Below are positions 10,548 through 20,082 of a stretch of DNA of 64,000 nucleotides, piece by piece. The stretch covers positions 2,784,001 through 2,848,000 of the forward strand of contig OZ250169.1 of assembly GCA_965237955.1 (NCBI GenBank). Reading direction: 5' to 3'. A model generated the notes under the pieces. It saw nothing but the letters and a program-made list of their open reading frames with translations. It did not search any database and was not told the origin of the DNA. Numbering within the stretch: the stretch's first letter is position 1; each line of letters starts with the position of its first letter. A program made the position numbers and the translations under genes. The DNA comes from Candidatus Marinacidobacterales bacterium (GTDB lineage: Bacteria > Acidobacteriota > Vicinamibacteria > Marinacidobacterales > SMYC01).

Positions 10548-11219
10548 CTAGAATCGCAAATACCCCGGAGGAATTCCCGCGACTCGGCCTTTGGTTTGGA
10601 GGTCGAGCTTCAATTGATCCTTGCGGCTCTCCATCTGCGCGTTCATCGTTTGCAGCCTCTTCTGCTCGGCGATGAGCTGTTGGGATTCCTGGCCGGTCAT
10701 TTGAGTGTTCGCAGTCCCGGTCCCAGTCTGGGGTGCGACGGGTAGACCGGCGCCGCCGAGAGCTGAGGTGGCTCCGATCTTGGCTTCGAGCTGACGAAGA
10801 CGTTCGTTGTTCTCCGCGATGGCGTTATCGATCTCGCGCACTTGCTGGTCATAGTGACGTCTCATGCGCTGGAACATCTCGAGCTTTTGCTCGAGAGGAA
10901 TGTCGGGCGGAATGCTTTTGGGAACGTCTTCCTCCGTGTACTCCGCTTCCTCGCTGTACTCTTCCCCGTCCTCCGAGCCTGGCCGAGACGGCCCGGAGGC
11001 GGAGCGCGTCGAACCCGTCGTCCCGCCTTCGACTTGGGCTTGGCCCGAGCCGCCCGCCTGCTGGGTGGCCAACTGATCCTCGGAGATGACGAGAGCCTCT
11101 TTGCCTTCCTGCTTGTTTTTCTCCCGCCTCTCTTTTTCCTTCTTGGCAACCTCGGTGAGCGACTGACTCAAGGCCAATCTCGGCAGGAGAACGAGCAAAA
11201 CGAACAGCGTTGATTTCAT
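10548..11219 (-). CDS. Hypothetical exported coiled-coil protein
   Basis: Signal peptide MKSTLFVLLVLLPRLALS-QSL..VAKKEKERR; C-terminal GIPPGYLR. Confidence 0.7.
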   Translation of the reverse strand: MKSTLFVLLVLLPRLALSQSLTEVAKKEKERREKNKQEGKEALVISEDQLATQQAGGSGQAQVEGGTTGSTRSASGPSRPGSEDGEEYSEEAEYTEEDVPKSIPPDIPLEQKLEMFQRMRRHYDQQVREIDNAIAENNERLRQLEAKIGATSALGGAGLPVAPQTGTGTANTQMTGQESQQLIAEQKRLQTMNAQMESRKDQLKLDLQTKGRVAGIPPGYLRF

Positions 11220-11346
11220 CGGTGGACCCTCGAAAAAAGTTGTTTCAGGATTCAACGTCTATTATAGATCGCGATACCACATCTGGCCAAAGACACGCAA
11301 GGTGTTTAAATGCAACGCGTTAAGACCGACGGTTGGGTCCGGGCAA

Positions 11347-11634
11347 CTACAAAGCGTTGCCGAACCCATGCCTCACCTCATACTCGGGAAGGCCGTATGC
11401 GTCTTCGAACATCAGCGTTCGCACCGAGCCGGTTGTGTAGTGCGCGATGTCGCGTCCGGTCATCAAGTAGCCGTAGAGCACGACGATGCAATGTTTGGTT
11501 TTGAAGTCGGACACCGCCGGCACGTTGGTCGCACGCGTGGCAGGAATGAGAGAGCGTTTGAGCGAGCAGTGTCTCGGGAACAGGCCACAAGTCGCAGCGG
11601 CCCCGGCACTCTTCAGGAAATCTCGGCGCTTCAT
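11347..11634 (-). pseudogene. Short ORF with twin-arginine (Tat) signal, probable gene remnant
   Basis: MKRRDFLKSAGAAA Tat motif but only 95 aa long. Confidence 0.35.
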
Positions 11635-11858
11635 CGTGTGTGCTTCATTCGGCCATAACCTCCTGACCGAGATGACGTTACCTTGCCTGACGTACTTATC
11701 ACAGCTGTGAGGATCCATCAAAAAGGAGGCCCTTGCGCGTCGTCGTCTAGCGAACTAAAATCAGCGGCTTCGACTCTTGTGGGGTGCCGCCTTCGTTCGG
11801 GGGGCGATGACGGACGGAACTTCGGCGAGGTGCGACCTGAGAAAGGAGCTCTTGAGAG

Positions 11859-13160
11859 ATGGCAGTTTTCGCGGAGCGCATCGCCGCCATGGGTACGGAG
11901 AACGCGTTCAAGATTGGGGAAGATGTAGCGAAAGCCCAAGCACGGGGCGTCGACGTCATCCGCTTCACTCTCGGCGAGCCCAACTTCGATACCGCGGCTC
12001 ATATCAGTCAAGCCGGGATCGACAGCATTCTCGCCGGGAACACGCACTACACCGATCCGGCCGGCATCGAACCGCTCCGGAACGCTGTCGCAGCGCACAT
12101 CGGAAAGACGCGAGGTCTCGACGTCGACCCGGGCCAGGTGATCGTGCTCACCGGCGGGAAGCCGGCGATCGGCTTCTCCATGATGAGCTACGTGAATCCA
12201 GGCGACGAAGTCATCTATCCGAGCCCGGGCTTTCCCATCTACGAATCGTGGGTCACTTACGTGGGCGGAAAGCCGGTGCCTCTGGTGTTGCGGGAGGAGA
12301 ACAACTTCGCGTTCACGCCGGGCGAGCTCGAGCCGATGTTAACAACCCGCACCAAGATCCTCATGCTGTGCTCGCCGTCGAACCCGACCGGGGGCGTGTT
12401 GTCGCGCAAAGTGTTACAAGGCGTCGCCGACGTGGTGCGCCGCAAGGCGCACCCTGATTTGCGAGTGTACTCCGACGAGATCTACGAGCACATCACTTTT
12501 GACGGCTTCGAGCACTTCTCCATTGCTTCGGCGCCGGGAATGAGAGAGCGTACGATCATCGCGAGCGGCCACTCCAAAGGTTTCGCGATGACCGGCTGGC
12601 GTTTGGGCTGGGCCGTCCTCCCCAACAAAGAAGAGGCGTCTTTGTTCAAGCAGCTCAACATCAACACCGTGAGCTGCGTCCCGCCGTTCATTCAGGAAGC
12701 GGCGCGGGAGGCACTCGAAAGCCCGAGCTCGGCCGAAGTCGTGGCCGGCATGGTCTCTGAGTTCAAGAACCGGCGCGACTACGTCGTCCCGGCGCTCAAC
12801 GATATTCCTGGTATTCACTGCAACAAGCCGTTGGGGGCGTTCTACGTATTCCCCAACGTGGGTGGGGCGGTGGCCGTGGTAGGCGCCGAGGATTTCTACA
12901 ACGGACTCTCCGACGAGCAAAAGGCTTGCACGAGCCCTGCGACCCTCTTCCAGCGGTTCCTGATCTACTGTCACGGCGTCGCGCTCGTCGATCGTCGAAG
13001 CTTCGGCGTTTTGAAGAGCGAGGGCCAGCATTTTTTGCGCCTGTCCTACGCTACCGACATGGACAGCATCAAGGAAGGCGTCGCACGCATCCGCAAAGGT
13101 GCGTCCGATTCGGCCGGCTTCGAGAAGTTCACGGCGGATCGCGACGCGCTCGGAGTATGA
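11859..13160 (+). CDS. PLP-dependent aminotransferase class I/II (aspartate aminotransferase-like)
   Basis: GEPNF, PSNPTG, SDEIY, SKGFAMTGWRLG, GAFY. Confidence 0.93.
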   Translation: MAVFAERIAAMGTENAFKIGEDVAKAQARGVDVIRFTLGEPNFDTAAHISQAGIDSILAGNTHYTDPAGIEPLRNAVAAHIGKTRGLDVDPGQVIVLTGGKPAIGFSMMSYVNPGDEVIYPSPGFPIYESWVTYVGGKPVPLVLREENNFAFTPGELEPMLTTRTKILMLCSPSNPTGGVLSRKVLQGVADVVRRKAHPDLRVYSDEIYEHITFDGFEHFSIASAPGMRERTIIASGHSKGFAMTGWRLGWAVLPNKEEASLFKQLNINTVSCVPPFIQEAAREALESPSSAEVVAGMVSEFKNRRDYVVPALNDIPGIHCNKPLGAFYVFPNVGGAVAVVGAEDFYNGLSDEQKACTSPATLFQRFLIYCHGVALVDRRSFGVLKSEGQHFLRLSYATDMDSIKEGVARIRKGASDSAGFEKFTADRDALGV

Positions 13161-13164
13161 GACT

Positions 13165-14184
13165 GTGAAGATATTTGCGACCCGCCGTATCCCCCAAGCT
13201 GGAATGGATATCCTCGAGCGCGCCGGCACCGTGGAGTTTGGCGTCGAACCAGAGGATGAACTCGTGCCTCGAGAGACGATCGTTTCTGGGGTGAACGGCG
13301 CGGACGTGCTCGTGTCCCTTCTCACCGAACGCATCGACCGCGAGGTGATGGAAGCTGGACCCTCGCTCCGAGGCGTGGCGAACTACGCCGTGGGGTTCAA
13401 CAACATCGATGTCGACGTCGCTACCGAGCTGGGGCTTCCCGTGACCAACACTCCGGGCGTCCTCACCGATACCACGGCCGATCTCGCATGGACCCTTCTC
13501 ATGGCCGCGGCACGCAATGTCGTCCCCGCGGACCGGTATATGCGCGGCGGTAAATACAAAATCTGGGGGCCCAGCTTGTTTCTCGGTGGCGACGTTTCGC
13601 GGGGCGGAGACGGTACGCCGAAGGTTTTGGGCATCGTCGGCTTCGGCCGTATCGGTCAAGCGATGTTCCGTCGCGCCCGTGGCTTCGACATGCGGGTGTT
13701 GGTTTTCGATCCACCGCTCCAGAAGATGATCCGCGAGACCGCAGGCGTCGACTACGCCGAGATGGACCAACTGCTCGAGGAAAGCGATTTCGTATCGATT
13801 CACGCCGATCTGAATCCAGCGACCAAACACCTCATCGGCACACAAGCGCTGAAGAGAATGAAATCGACCGCCTATCTCATCAACACCGCCCGGGGTCCCA
13901 TCGTCGATGAGAAAGCGCTGGTGGTTGGTCTTCGCGACGGTGAGATCGCCGGCGCCGGCCTCGACGTGTTCGAGGACGAGCCCGAGATGGCGCCGGGGCT
14001 TGCCGAGCTCGAAAACGTCGTGATCGTGCCCCACATCGCCTCCGCGAGCCGCGACACCCGCGACAAAATGGCGACGATGTGCGCCGAGAACGCCGTCGCC
14101 CACCTGGGGCTCGAGCGCGCCCCCGACTGCGTCAACCCCGACGTGTACCAGACTGAGGCCTACAGGAAGCGCTCGCGAGTTTAG
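13165..14184 (+). CDS. D-glycerate/glyoxylate reductase (D-2-hydroxyacid dehydrogenase family), GTG start
   Basis: AVGFNNID, TNTPGVL, GFGRIG, INTARG, GLDVFEDEP, PHIAS. Confidence 0.92.
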   Translation: MKIFATRRIPQAGMDILERAGTVEFGVEPEDELVPRETIVSGVNGADVLVSLLTERIDREVMEAGPSLRGVANYAVGFNNIDVDVATELGLPVTNTPGVLTDTTADLAWTLLMAAARNVVPADRYMRGGKYKIWGPSLFLGGDVSRGGDGTPKVLGIVGFGRIGQAMFRRARGFDMRVLVFDPPLQKMIRETAGVDYAEMDQLLEESDFVSIHADLNPATKHLIGTQALKRMKSTAYLINTARGPIVDEKALVVGLRDGEIAGAGLDVFEDEPEMAPGLAELENVVIVPHIASASRDTRDKMATMCAENAVAHLGLERAPDCVNPDVYQTEAYRKRSRV

Positions 14185-14190
14185 ATGGTG

Positions 14191-14267
14191 TCGCTTCCCG
14201 CTGTCCGCTTCCCGCTTTCCAGTCCACTAAAATCCCCGTGAGACCGGATAGCGGACAGCGGGTAGCC
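14191..14267. repeat. Short heptamer-type repeats in inverted arrangement (GCTTCCC/GCTGTCC ... AGCGGAC/AGCGGGT)
   Basis: Directly visible just after the dehydrogenase stop codon. Confidence 0.5.
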
Positions 14268-14432
14268 CAGTTCGACAAGCACATCCTCGCGACCAACGGA
14301 GCCTCCGCCCCGCATCTGGCTGCCTGGCACAGGACCATTCTGCCGGTTCGCCCTAACCTTGATACAATATCCGTGCTGGCGTCGGCTTTTCTGTCCGTCT
14401 AGATCTGCGAATAGAACTCTGTTTTAAGGCTC

Positions 14433-15901
14433 ATGTCCTCGACTCCCGAAAAAATCGACAAATACGTCGTCCTCGGAGAGCTTGGCCGCGGCGCTATGGG
14501 CACCGTCTACAAAGCTCACGATCCGGTTCTCGGCCGCGACGTCGCCATCAAGATGATGTCCGAGGAGCTCGTCATCGAAGAGGAGATGCGCGGCAGGTTC
14601 AACCGGGAAGCGAAGTCGGTGGCGAAGCTCCAGCATCCCAACATCGTGACGATCTTCGATTTTGGCGAGCTCGAGAACGCGGGTGTTCCCTATATCGTCA
14701 TGGAGCTGCTCGACGGGGCCAGCCTCGCGCAGATGATGGAGGAAGACCGACCCGAGCGTCTCGAGGACAAAGTCCAAATCGTGACCCAGATGTGTCGCGG
14801 GCTCGACTACGCGCACAAGCGCGGCGTGATCCATCGCGACGTCAAGCCCGGCAACATCCAAGTTCTGCCCGCCGGTACCGCGAAGGTTCTAGATTTCGGC
14901 ATTGCGTTGGGCGAAGGCTCTACCATCAAGACGAAGACGGGGCTGGTCATGGGCACGCCTAACTACATGGCCCCGGAGCAAATCTCGGGTGAAAACGTCG
15001 ACCATCGTGCCGACATGTGGGCCGTCGGCGTCATCCTCTACGAGCTGTTGTCGGGTGAGAGACCCTTTGTGGCCTCGACCGTACCGAGTCTCGTGTATCG
15101 GATCGTGCACGCCGCGCCGGAGCTTCTCGATGCTCGTGCTCTCGGACTTCCCGCGAAGCTCGTCTCCGTCGTCGAGCGTGTTCTGACCAAGGATACTGAC
15201 AAACGGTTTGGCGATCTCGCGATGATGGCGAGGGCGCTCGACCAGGTCATGGGCGTGGCGACGCCTATTAAGGAGATGTCGGGCGAGTCACGTGCCCGCA
15301 GCTACACGACGAACTTCCAGCTCGCGAAGAGCCTTCTCGACCAAGGACAGCCACAACGGGCGCTCGAAGCCGCGCGGCGTGCCCAAGCCCTCGAGCCGAC
15401 GCATGGCTCGGTGGTCGATCTCGTTCAAGAGATCGAAATTGCGCTCCAAAGGATGCAGTCGGAGCCAACCGTCGCTCACAACCCCGAAGCGGCCGCCTTC
15501 GACGCCGCGCAATGGGTGGACCACGCGCGTATGGCGCTCACGGCGGGTAATCGCAGCGAAGCGCTCCGTATCGTCGATGATGTGTTGGCGGTTGAGCCGG
15601 GCTTCGAGCCCGCGGTCGAGCTGCGCGATCTTCTCGACACGCCGGGACAAGCGGCACGGGCAGGACGGAGCCGACCCGGGTCGCTACGCACTCACACGCA
15701 TCGACAGGCACGCGTCCGCCCCGAGCTCAACTTCATCGAGATGATTACGTTCGGCGAGCCTCCCGGAACTCAAGTGTTGACGGTCGGTCCACATCCGCAG
15801 CTTGTCGCGGTTGGCGGCGTGGATGGCTCGGTGCGCCTTTGGGATATCGACGCCCGGCGGAAGCTCGCGAGCTTTCGCACCGAGCTTCACCAGCGTACCG
15901 G
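14433..15901 (+). pseudogene. Ser/Thr protein kinase (kinase-TPR-WD40), truncated in the first WD40 repeat by IS5
   Basis: [31 protein letters not shown]; GGVDGSVRLWD then the frame runs into the IS end at 15902. Confidence 0.85.
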
Positions 15902-16988
15902 TGCCTTGGTGCACAACTCGCGATCTCGGTCCACAATTGTCCTGTACTCGCGGATTCGAGGTTCCCCATGAGCATTTTCAAACGCACTCAGCGGAAGTAT
16001 GTGAAGAAGGCCTATCGCGTGAGGAATTGGCGTGAATATGAGGCGGGTCTGCGCAACCGCGGGAGCCTGACCGTCTGGATCTCGCTCACCGCCGGCAAGC
16101 TTGTGAACTGGGACGCGCCCCGGCCAAGGAGGAGGAAACCGGGCCGTCAACGCAAGTACTCGAACCACGCCATCGAGACGGCTGTCACCCTGGGCATGGT
16201 GTTTCATCTGTCGTCTAGGCAGAGCGAGGGATTGCTGCGATCGTTGTTCGCTCTGATGAAGCTAGACAATGATGTGCCCGATCACACCACGATTTCGAGG
16301 CGCAAGGCGAAGCTGGGTAAGGTCCCCTTCTACCAAGACAAGCAGAAGACGCCGTTGCACATCTTGATCGACAGCAGCGGTCTCGCTGTCCACGCCGGCC
16401 AGCTGCGCAGAGCACCAAAGAGCAGGGACTATCGCAAGCTCCATCTGTGTGTCGACGAGCAGAGTGGCGAAGTCGTCGCCGGCGAGCTGACGAGCAAAAG
16501 AGCCCGCGATTCATCGCGGGTTGCATCGCTTGTCGGACAGATCGACAGTCCCATCTCATCGGCTAGAGCTGACACCGCATACGACGCCAGCGGCGTCTAT
16601 GAGGCGATCGAGAATCACAGCGCTCATCGCTCGCCGAGGGTGCTGATACCGCCGCGCAAGGGCGCCCAGCTCGCATCGGGGCCGGCGAGCAGCCGACAGC
16701 GTAATCGCAACATTGCAGCACAAGCTCGGCTCGGCAAACGAAAGTGGCACACAGAATCGGGCTACAGCAAACGGAGCAAAGTCGAGACAACGTTCCATCG
16801 CTACAAGGCTATCGTGGGCTCAGCGATGCGAGCGAGAGGGTTGGCGGCACAGAGAGTCGAGGCAAGGATCGGGTGCAAGATTCTCAACACGATGACGGCG
16901 CTCGGGATGCCTGATAGCGAGATGATCGGATGATGGGAGTCGGGGCCAAGCGAGTTCTCGGCCTCTATCGGAGTTGTGCACCAAGGCA
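15902..16988 (+). mobile_element. IS5-family (IS903-group) element, type A copy 1, 1087 bp
   Basis: Perfect 18-bp TIR TGCCTTGGTGCACAACTC; near-identical copy at 34389; no target-site duplication. Confidence 0.93.
15968..16933 (+). CDS. IS5-family transposase
   Basis: [32 protein letters not shown]. Confidence 0.93.
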   Translation: MSIFKRTQRKYVKKAYRVRNWREYEAGLRNRGSLTVWISLTAGKLVNWDAPRPRRRKPGRQRKYSNHAIETAVTLGMVFHLSSRQSEGLLRSLFALMKLDNDVPDHTTISRRKAKLGKVPFYQDKQKTPLHILIDSSGLAVHAGQLRRAPKSRDYRKLHLCVDEQSGEVVAGELTSKRARDSSRVASLVGQIDSPISSARADTAYDASGVYEAIENHSAHRSPRVLIPPRKGAQLASGPASSRQRNRNIAAQARLGKRKWHTESGYSKRSKVETTFHRYKAIVGSAMRARGLAAQRVEARIGCKILNTMTALGMPDSEMIG

Positions 16989-17456
16989 CGTCGCAACCGC
17001 ATTATCACCGGCATGACCCTCGGCACCCTCGTCGTCGAAGCGGCGCTCAAGAGCGGCTCGCTCGTGTCGGCGCGCTTGGCGATGGAGCAGGATCGCGACG
17101 TGTTCGCCGTGCCCGGGCCCGCGTTGTCCCTCAATAGCGTTGGCGTCCACGCCCTGATTCGAGACGGCGCCAAGCTTGTCACCTAAGCCGCCGACGTTGT
17201 CGAAGAGCTGAGACCCGATATCCGCGCCCTACTATTGACAAGACCCCGAACCGCGACGACGAAAGATGAAGAGCTCGACGAGCTCGAGCGAGAAATCCTA
17301 GACCACCTCATGAACGCGCAAGACGCTGTCGACGTCGACACACTGCTGGAGCGCACGGACATTCCAGTCCCTCTCGCCCTCGCGGCATTGAGCGGGCTAG
17401 AAGTGAAAGGACTGGTCTGGAGACTGGCTGGAGGTCTGTATCAGGCGAAGCCGTGA
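16989..17456 (+). pseudogene. dprA: DNA-processing protein DprA, 5' part deleted and internal TAA at 17184-17186
   Basis: RRNRIITG...[11 protein letters not shown]...RDVFAVPG...LIRDGAKLV then in-frame stop and winged-helix tail; canonical dprA-topA-trmFO order. Confidence 0.9.
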
Positions 17457-17464
17457 TCATCGAA

Positions 17465-17493
17465 CTGATGGCTGACGGCTGATGGCTGATGGC
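17465..17493. repeat. Heptamer tandem repeat (GCTGAYG)n
   Basis: ctgatggctgacggctgatggctgatggc; reverse-complement copies at about 20010-20040 and 26774-26803. Confidence 0.65.
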
Positions 17494-17539
17494 AGCGCGC
17501 AGAAGAGCGTTTTGCTCTTCTGCGCGCTTTAGCTACACT
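17494..17539 (+). promoter_or_regulatory. Perfect 15-bp hairpin overlapping a putative topA promoter (TTGCTC-16-TACACT)
   Basis: AGCGCGCAGAAGAGC-gtttt-GCTCTTCTGCGCGCT; -10 box ends 6 nt before the topA ATG. Confidence 0.5.
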
Positions 17540-17545
17540 ATTCGC

Positions 17546-19999
17546 ATGGCGAAATCACTCGTGATCGTCGAATCGCCGGTAAAGGCGAAGACCATCAACA
17601 AGTTCCTGGGGCGGAACTACATCGTGCGCGCCTCGATGGGACACGTCCGTGACCTGCCGAAGAGCAAACTCGGCGTCGACGTCGAGCACGGGTTCGTGCC
17701 GGACTACGTCGTGATCCCAAAAAAGAAGAAAGTGCTCAGCGAGTTGAAGAGCGAAGCCAAGAAGGCCGAGGCAATCTACCTCGCCCCGGACCCGGATCGG
17801 GAAGGCGAAGCGATCAGCTTCCACCTCGCTGAAGAGCTCGGTGGCAAGAAGGGCAAAATCCACCGCATTCTCTTCAACGAGATCACCAAAAAAGCGATCC
17901 AGGAAGCGATCAAGAATCCGCTCGAGATCGACCAGGACAAAGTCGACGCCCAGCAGGCGCGTCGCGTGCTCGATCGTTTGGTGGGTTATCAAATCTCGCC
18001 GCTTCTGTGGGAAAAGGTTCGCCGCGGCCTCTCTGCCGGGCGCGTGCAATCGGTGGCGCTTCGCATCGTGTGCGAGCGCGAGCGCGAGATCCAGGCGTTC
18101 CAATCGGAAGAGTACTGGTCGATCCACGCGAACCTCGAGAGCAAAACCCCGCCGCCGTTCGAAGCGAAGCTCACCAAAATGGACGGCAAGACCGTCGAGC
18201 TCAAGGACGAAGCGTCGACGACGGCCGTGGTCGAAGAGCTTTCGAAGCTCGAGTTCGGAGTCGCCAAAGTCATCGCGAAGGAGAGGCGCAGAAATCCAGT
18301 ACCGCCGTTCATTACCAGTAAGCTTCAGCAGGAAGGTGCCCGCAAGCTCGGCTTCACTGCGAAGCGCACGATGATGGTGGCGCAACGTCTCTACGAAGGC
18401 ATCGAGCTCGGAAAAGAAGGTCCGGTCGGCCTCATTACCTACATGCGCACCGACTCGACGAGGATTTCCGACGAAGCCGTCGCCGACGTTCGGCACTACA
18501 TCGAGGAGCGCTACGGAAGCCAGATGCTCCCGGCGAAGCCCAACTTCTACAAGAACAAGAAGGGCGCGCAGGATGCTCACGAAGCGGTCCGGCCGACGTC
18601 GGCGTTCCGCGATCCCGATTCGCTGAAGGCGTTTCTCGACCGTGACGAGCTCAAGCTGTACCGGCTCATCTGGAACCGCTTCGTCGCCTCGCAAATGCCC
18701 CCCGCCGTCTTCGACGAGACCATCGCCGAGATCGAAGCGGGCCGCTACATGCTGCGCGCTCGTGGCTCGGTGTTGAAGTTCAACGGTTTTCTCGCCGTCT
18801 ACGAAGAAGGCAAGGACGACGACCCCTCGAAGAAAAGGGCCGAGGCCGAAAACGAGCCGACCGCGAAACCCGACGGACCCAAGCAGCTCCCGCCCTTGAC
18901 CGAGGGAGAGATTCTCAAACTCCTCGAGCTCAAGCCCGAACAACACTTCACGCAACCGCCGCCCGGTTTCACCGAGGCAACGCTTGTGAAAGAGCTCGAG
19001 GAGAAGGGTATCGGGCGCCCGAGCACGTATGCCAGCATCCTCTCCGTCCTCCAGGACCGCGAGTACGTGAACAAAGTCGAGAAGAAGTTCGTCCCGACCG
19101 AGCTCGGGTTTCTCGTCACCGACCTCTTGATGGCAAGCTTCGCCGACATTATGGCGACCGAGTACACCGCGCGGATGGAGGAGCTCCTCGACGAAATCGA
19201 AGAAGGACGCGCGAACTATCTCACCACCATCGACGACTTCTACAAGAAGTTCAGCAAGGACCTCGCGGAAGCCAAAGAGAACATGACTAACGTCAAGGCC
19301 ATGGAGATCGCGACCGAAGAGGTGTGCGACAAGTGTGGCAAGCTGATGGTCATCAAGTGGGGACGTTTTGGCCATTTTCTCGCGTGCTCCGGCTATCCCG
19401 ATTGCCGCAATACGCGCGAGATCCAAAACTACCAGGACAAAGACTCCGCCGATCCGGACGCGTTCGGAAACGAGGAATGCGAAAAGTGCGGGCGGCTGAT
19501 GGTGTTGAAAAAGGGCAAGTACGGCCAGTTTCTCGCGTGCTCCGGTTATCCGGATTGCAAGAATACGAGGCGCATTCTGCGCGGCGAGGACGGGACCCTC
19601 GAGAGCAAGAAAGATCAACTCCTCGAGGAAAAGTGCCCCAAGTGCAAGCACCAGCTCGTCATCAAACACGGCCGCTACGGCGAGTTCACGGCGTGCAGCG
19701 CCTATCCCGACTGCAAGTACATCAAGCAGAAGGAAGTCGGCGTCGCATGCCCCAAAGAAAATTGCCCCGGGCAGGTGGTGGAGCGACGCTCACGGCGCGG
19801 GAAGCTCTTTTACGGTTGCAGCGAGTACCCGAACTGCGACTTCACGAGCTGGTACATGCCGGTGAAAGAGCCCTGTCCCGAGTGCGGCTATCCCGTCGTG
19901 TTCGAGAAGAACACAAAGCGCGATGGTCCCCACATCGCGTGCACGCAAGAAGGCTGCAGCTTCAAACAAACACGGGAAGAGGCCGCTGCGAAAGCGTAA
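17546..19999 (+). CDS. topA: DNA topoisomerase I with C-terminal zinc ribbons
   Basis: LVIVESP.KAK, DPDREGE, SAGRVQS, ITYMRTDS, GIGRPSTY, multiple C4 ribbons. Confidence 0.98.
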   Translation: MAKSLVIVESPVKAKTINKFLGRNYIVRASMGHVRDLPKSKLGVDVEHGFVPDYVVIPKKKKVLSELKSEAKKAEAIYLAPDPDREGEAISFHLAEELGGKKGKIHRILFNEITKKAIQEAIKNPLEIDQDKVDAQQARRVLDRLVGYQISPLLWEKVRRGLSAGRVQSVALRIVCEREREIQAFQSEEYWSIHANLESKTPPPFEAKLTKMDGKTVELKDEASTTAVVEELSKLEFGVAKVIAKERRRNPVPPFITSKLQQEGARKLGFTAKRTMMVAQRLYEGIELGKEGPVGLITYMRTDSTRISDEAVADVRHYIEERYGSQMLPAKPNFYKNKKGAQDAHEAVRPTSAFRDPDSLKAFLDRDELKLYRLIWNRFVASQMPPAVFDETIAEIEAGRYMLRARGSVLKFNGFLAVYEEGKDDDPSKKRAEAENEPTAKPDGPKQLPPLTEGEILKLLELKPEQHFTQPPPGFTEATLVKELEEKGIGRPSTYASILSVLQDREYVNKVEKKFVPTELGFLVTDLLMASFADIMATEYTARMEELLDEIEEGRANYLTTIDDFYKKFSKDLAEAKENMTNVKAMEIATEEVCDKCGKLMVIKWGRFGHFLACSGYPDCRNTREIQNYQDKDSADPDAFGNEECEKCGRLMVLKKGKYGQFLACSGYPDCKNTRRILRGEDGTLESKKDQLLEEKCPKCKHQLVIKHGRYGEFTACSAYPDCKYIKQKEVGVACPKENCPGQVVERRSRRGKLFYGCSEYPNCDFTSWYMPVKEPCPECGYPVVFEKNTKRDGPHIACTQEGCSFKQTREEAAAKA

Positions 20000-20071
20000 C
20001 GGCCGATCCGCCGTCAGCCATCGGCCGTCAGCCATCAGCCTTGCGACTTTGCGCCTTGGCGTCTTTGCGTT
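20000..20071. repeat. Composite of heptamer repeat and a half REP-like element
   Basis: gccgtcagccatcggccgtcagccatcagcc followed by ctttgcgccttggcgtctttgcgtt. Confidence 0.6.
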
Positions 20072-20082
20072 GTAATTAGGCC

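Noticed and set aside
17555-19669. 704-aa antisense ORF, and similar long shadow ORFs elsewhere
   Set aside because: It lies opposite topA; long antisense frames are expected from GC-rich codon bias and it has no recognisable motifs.
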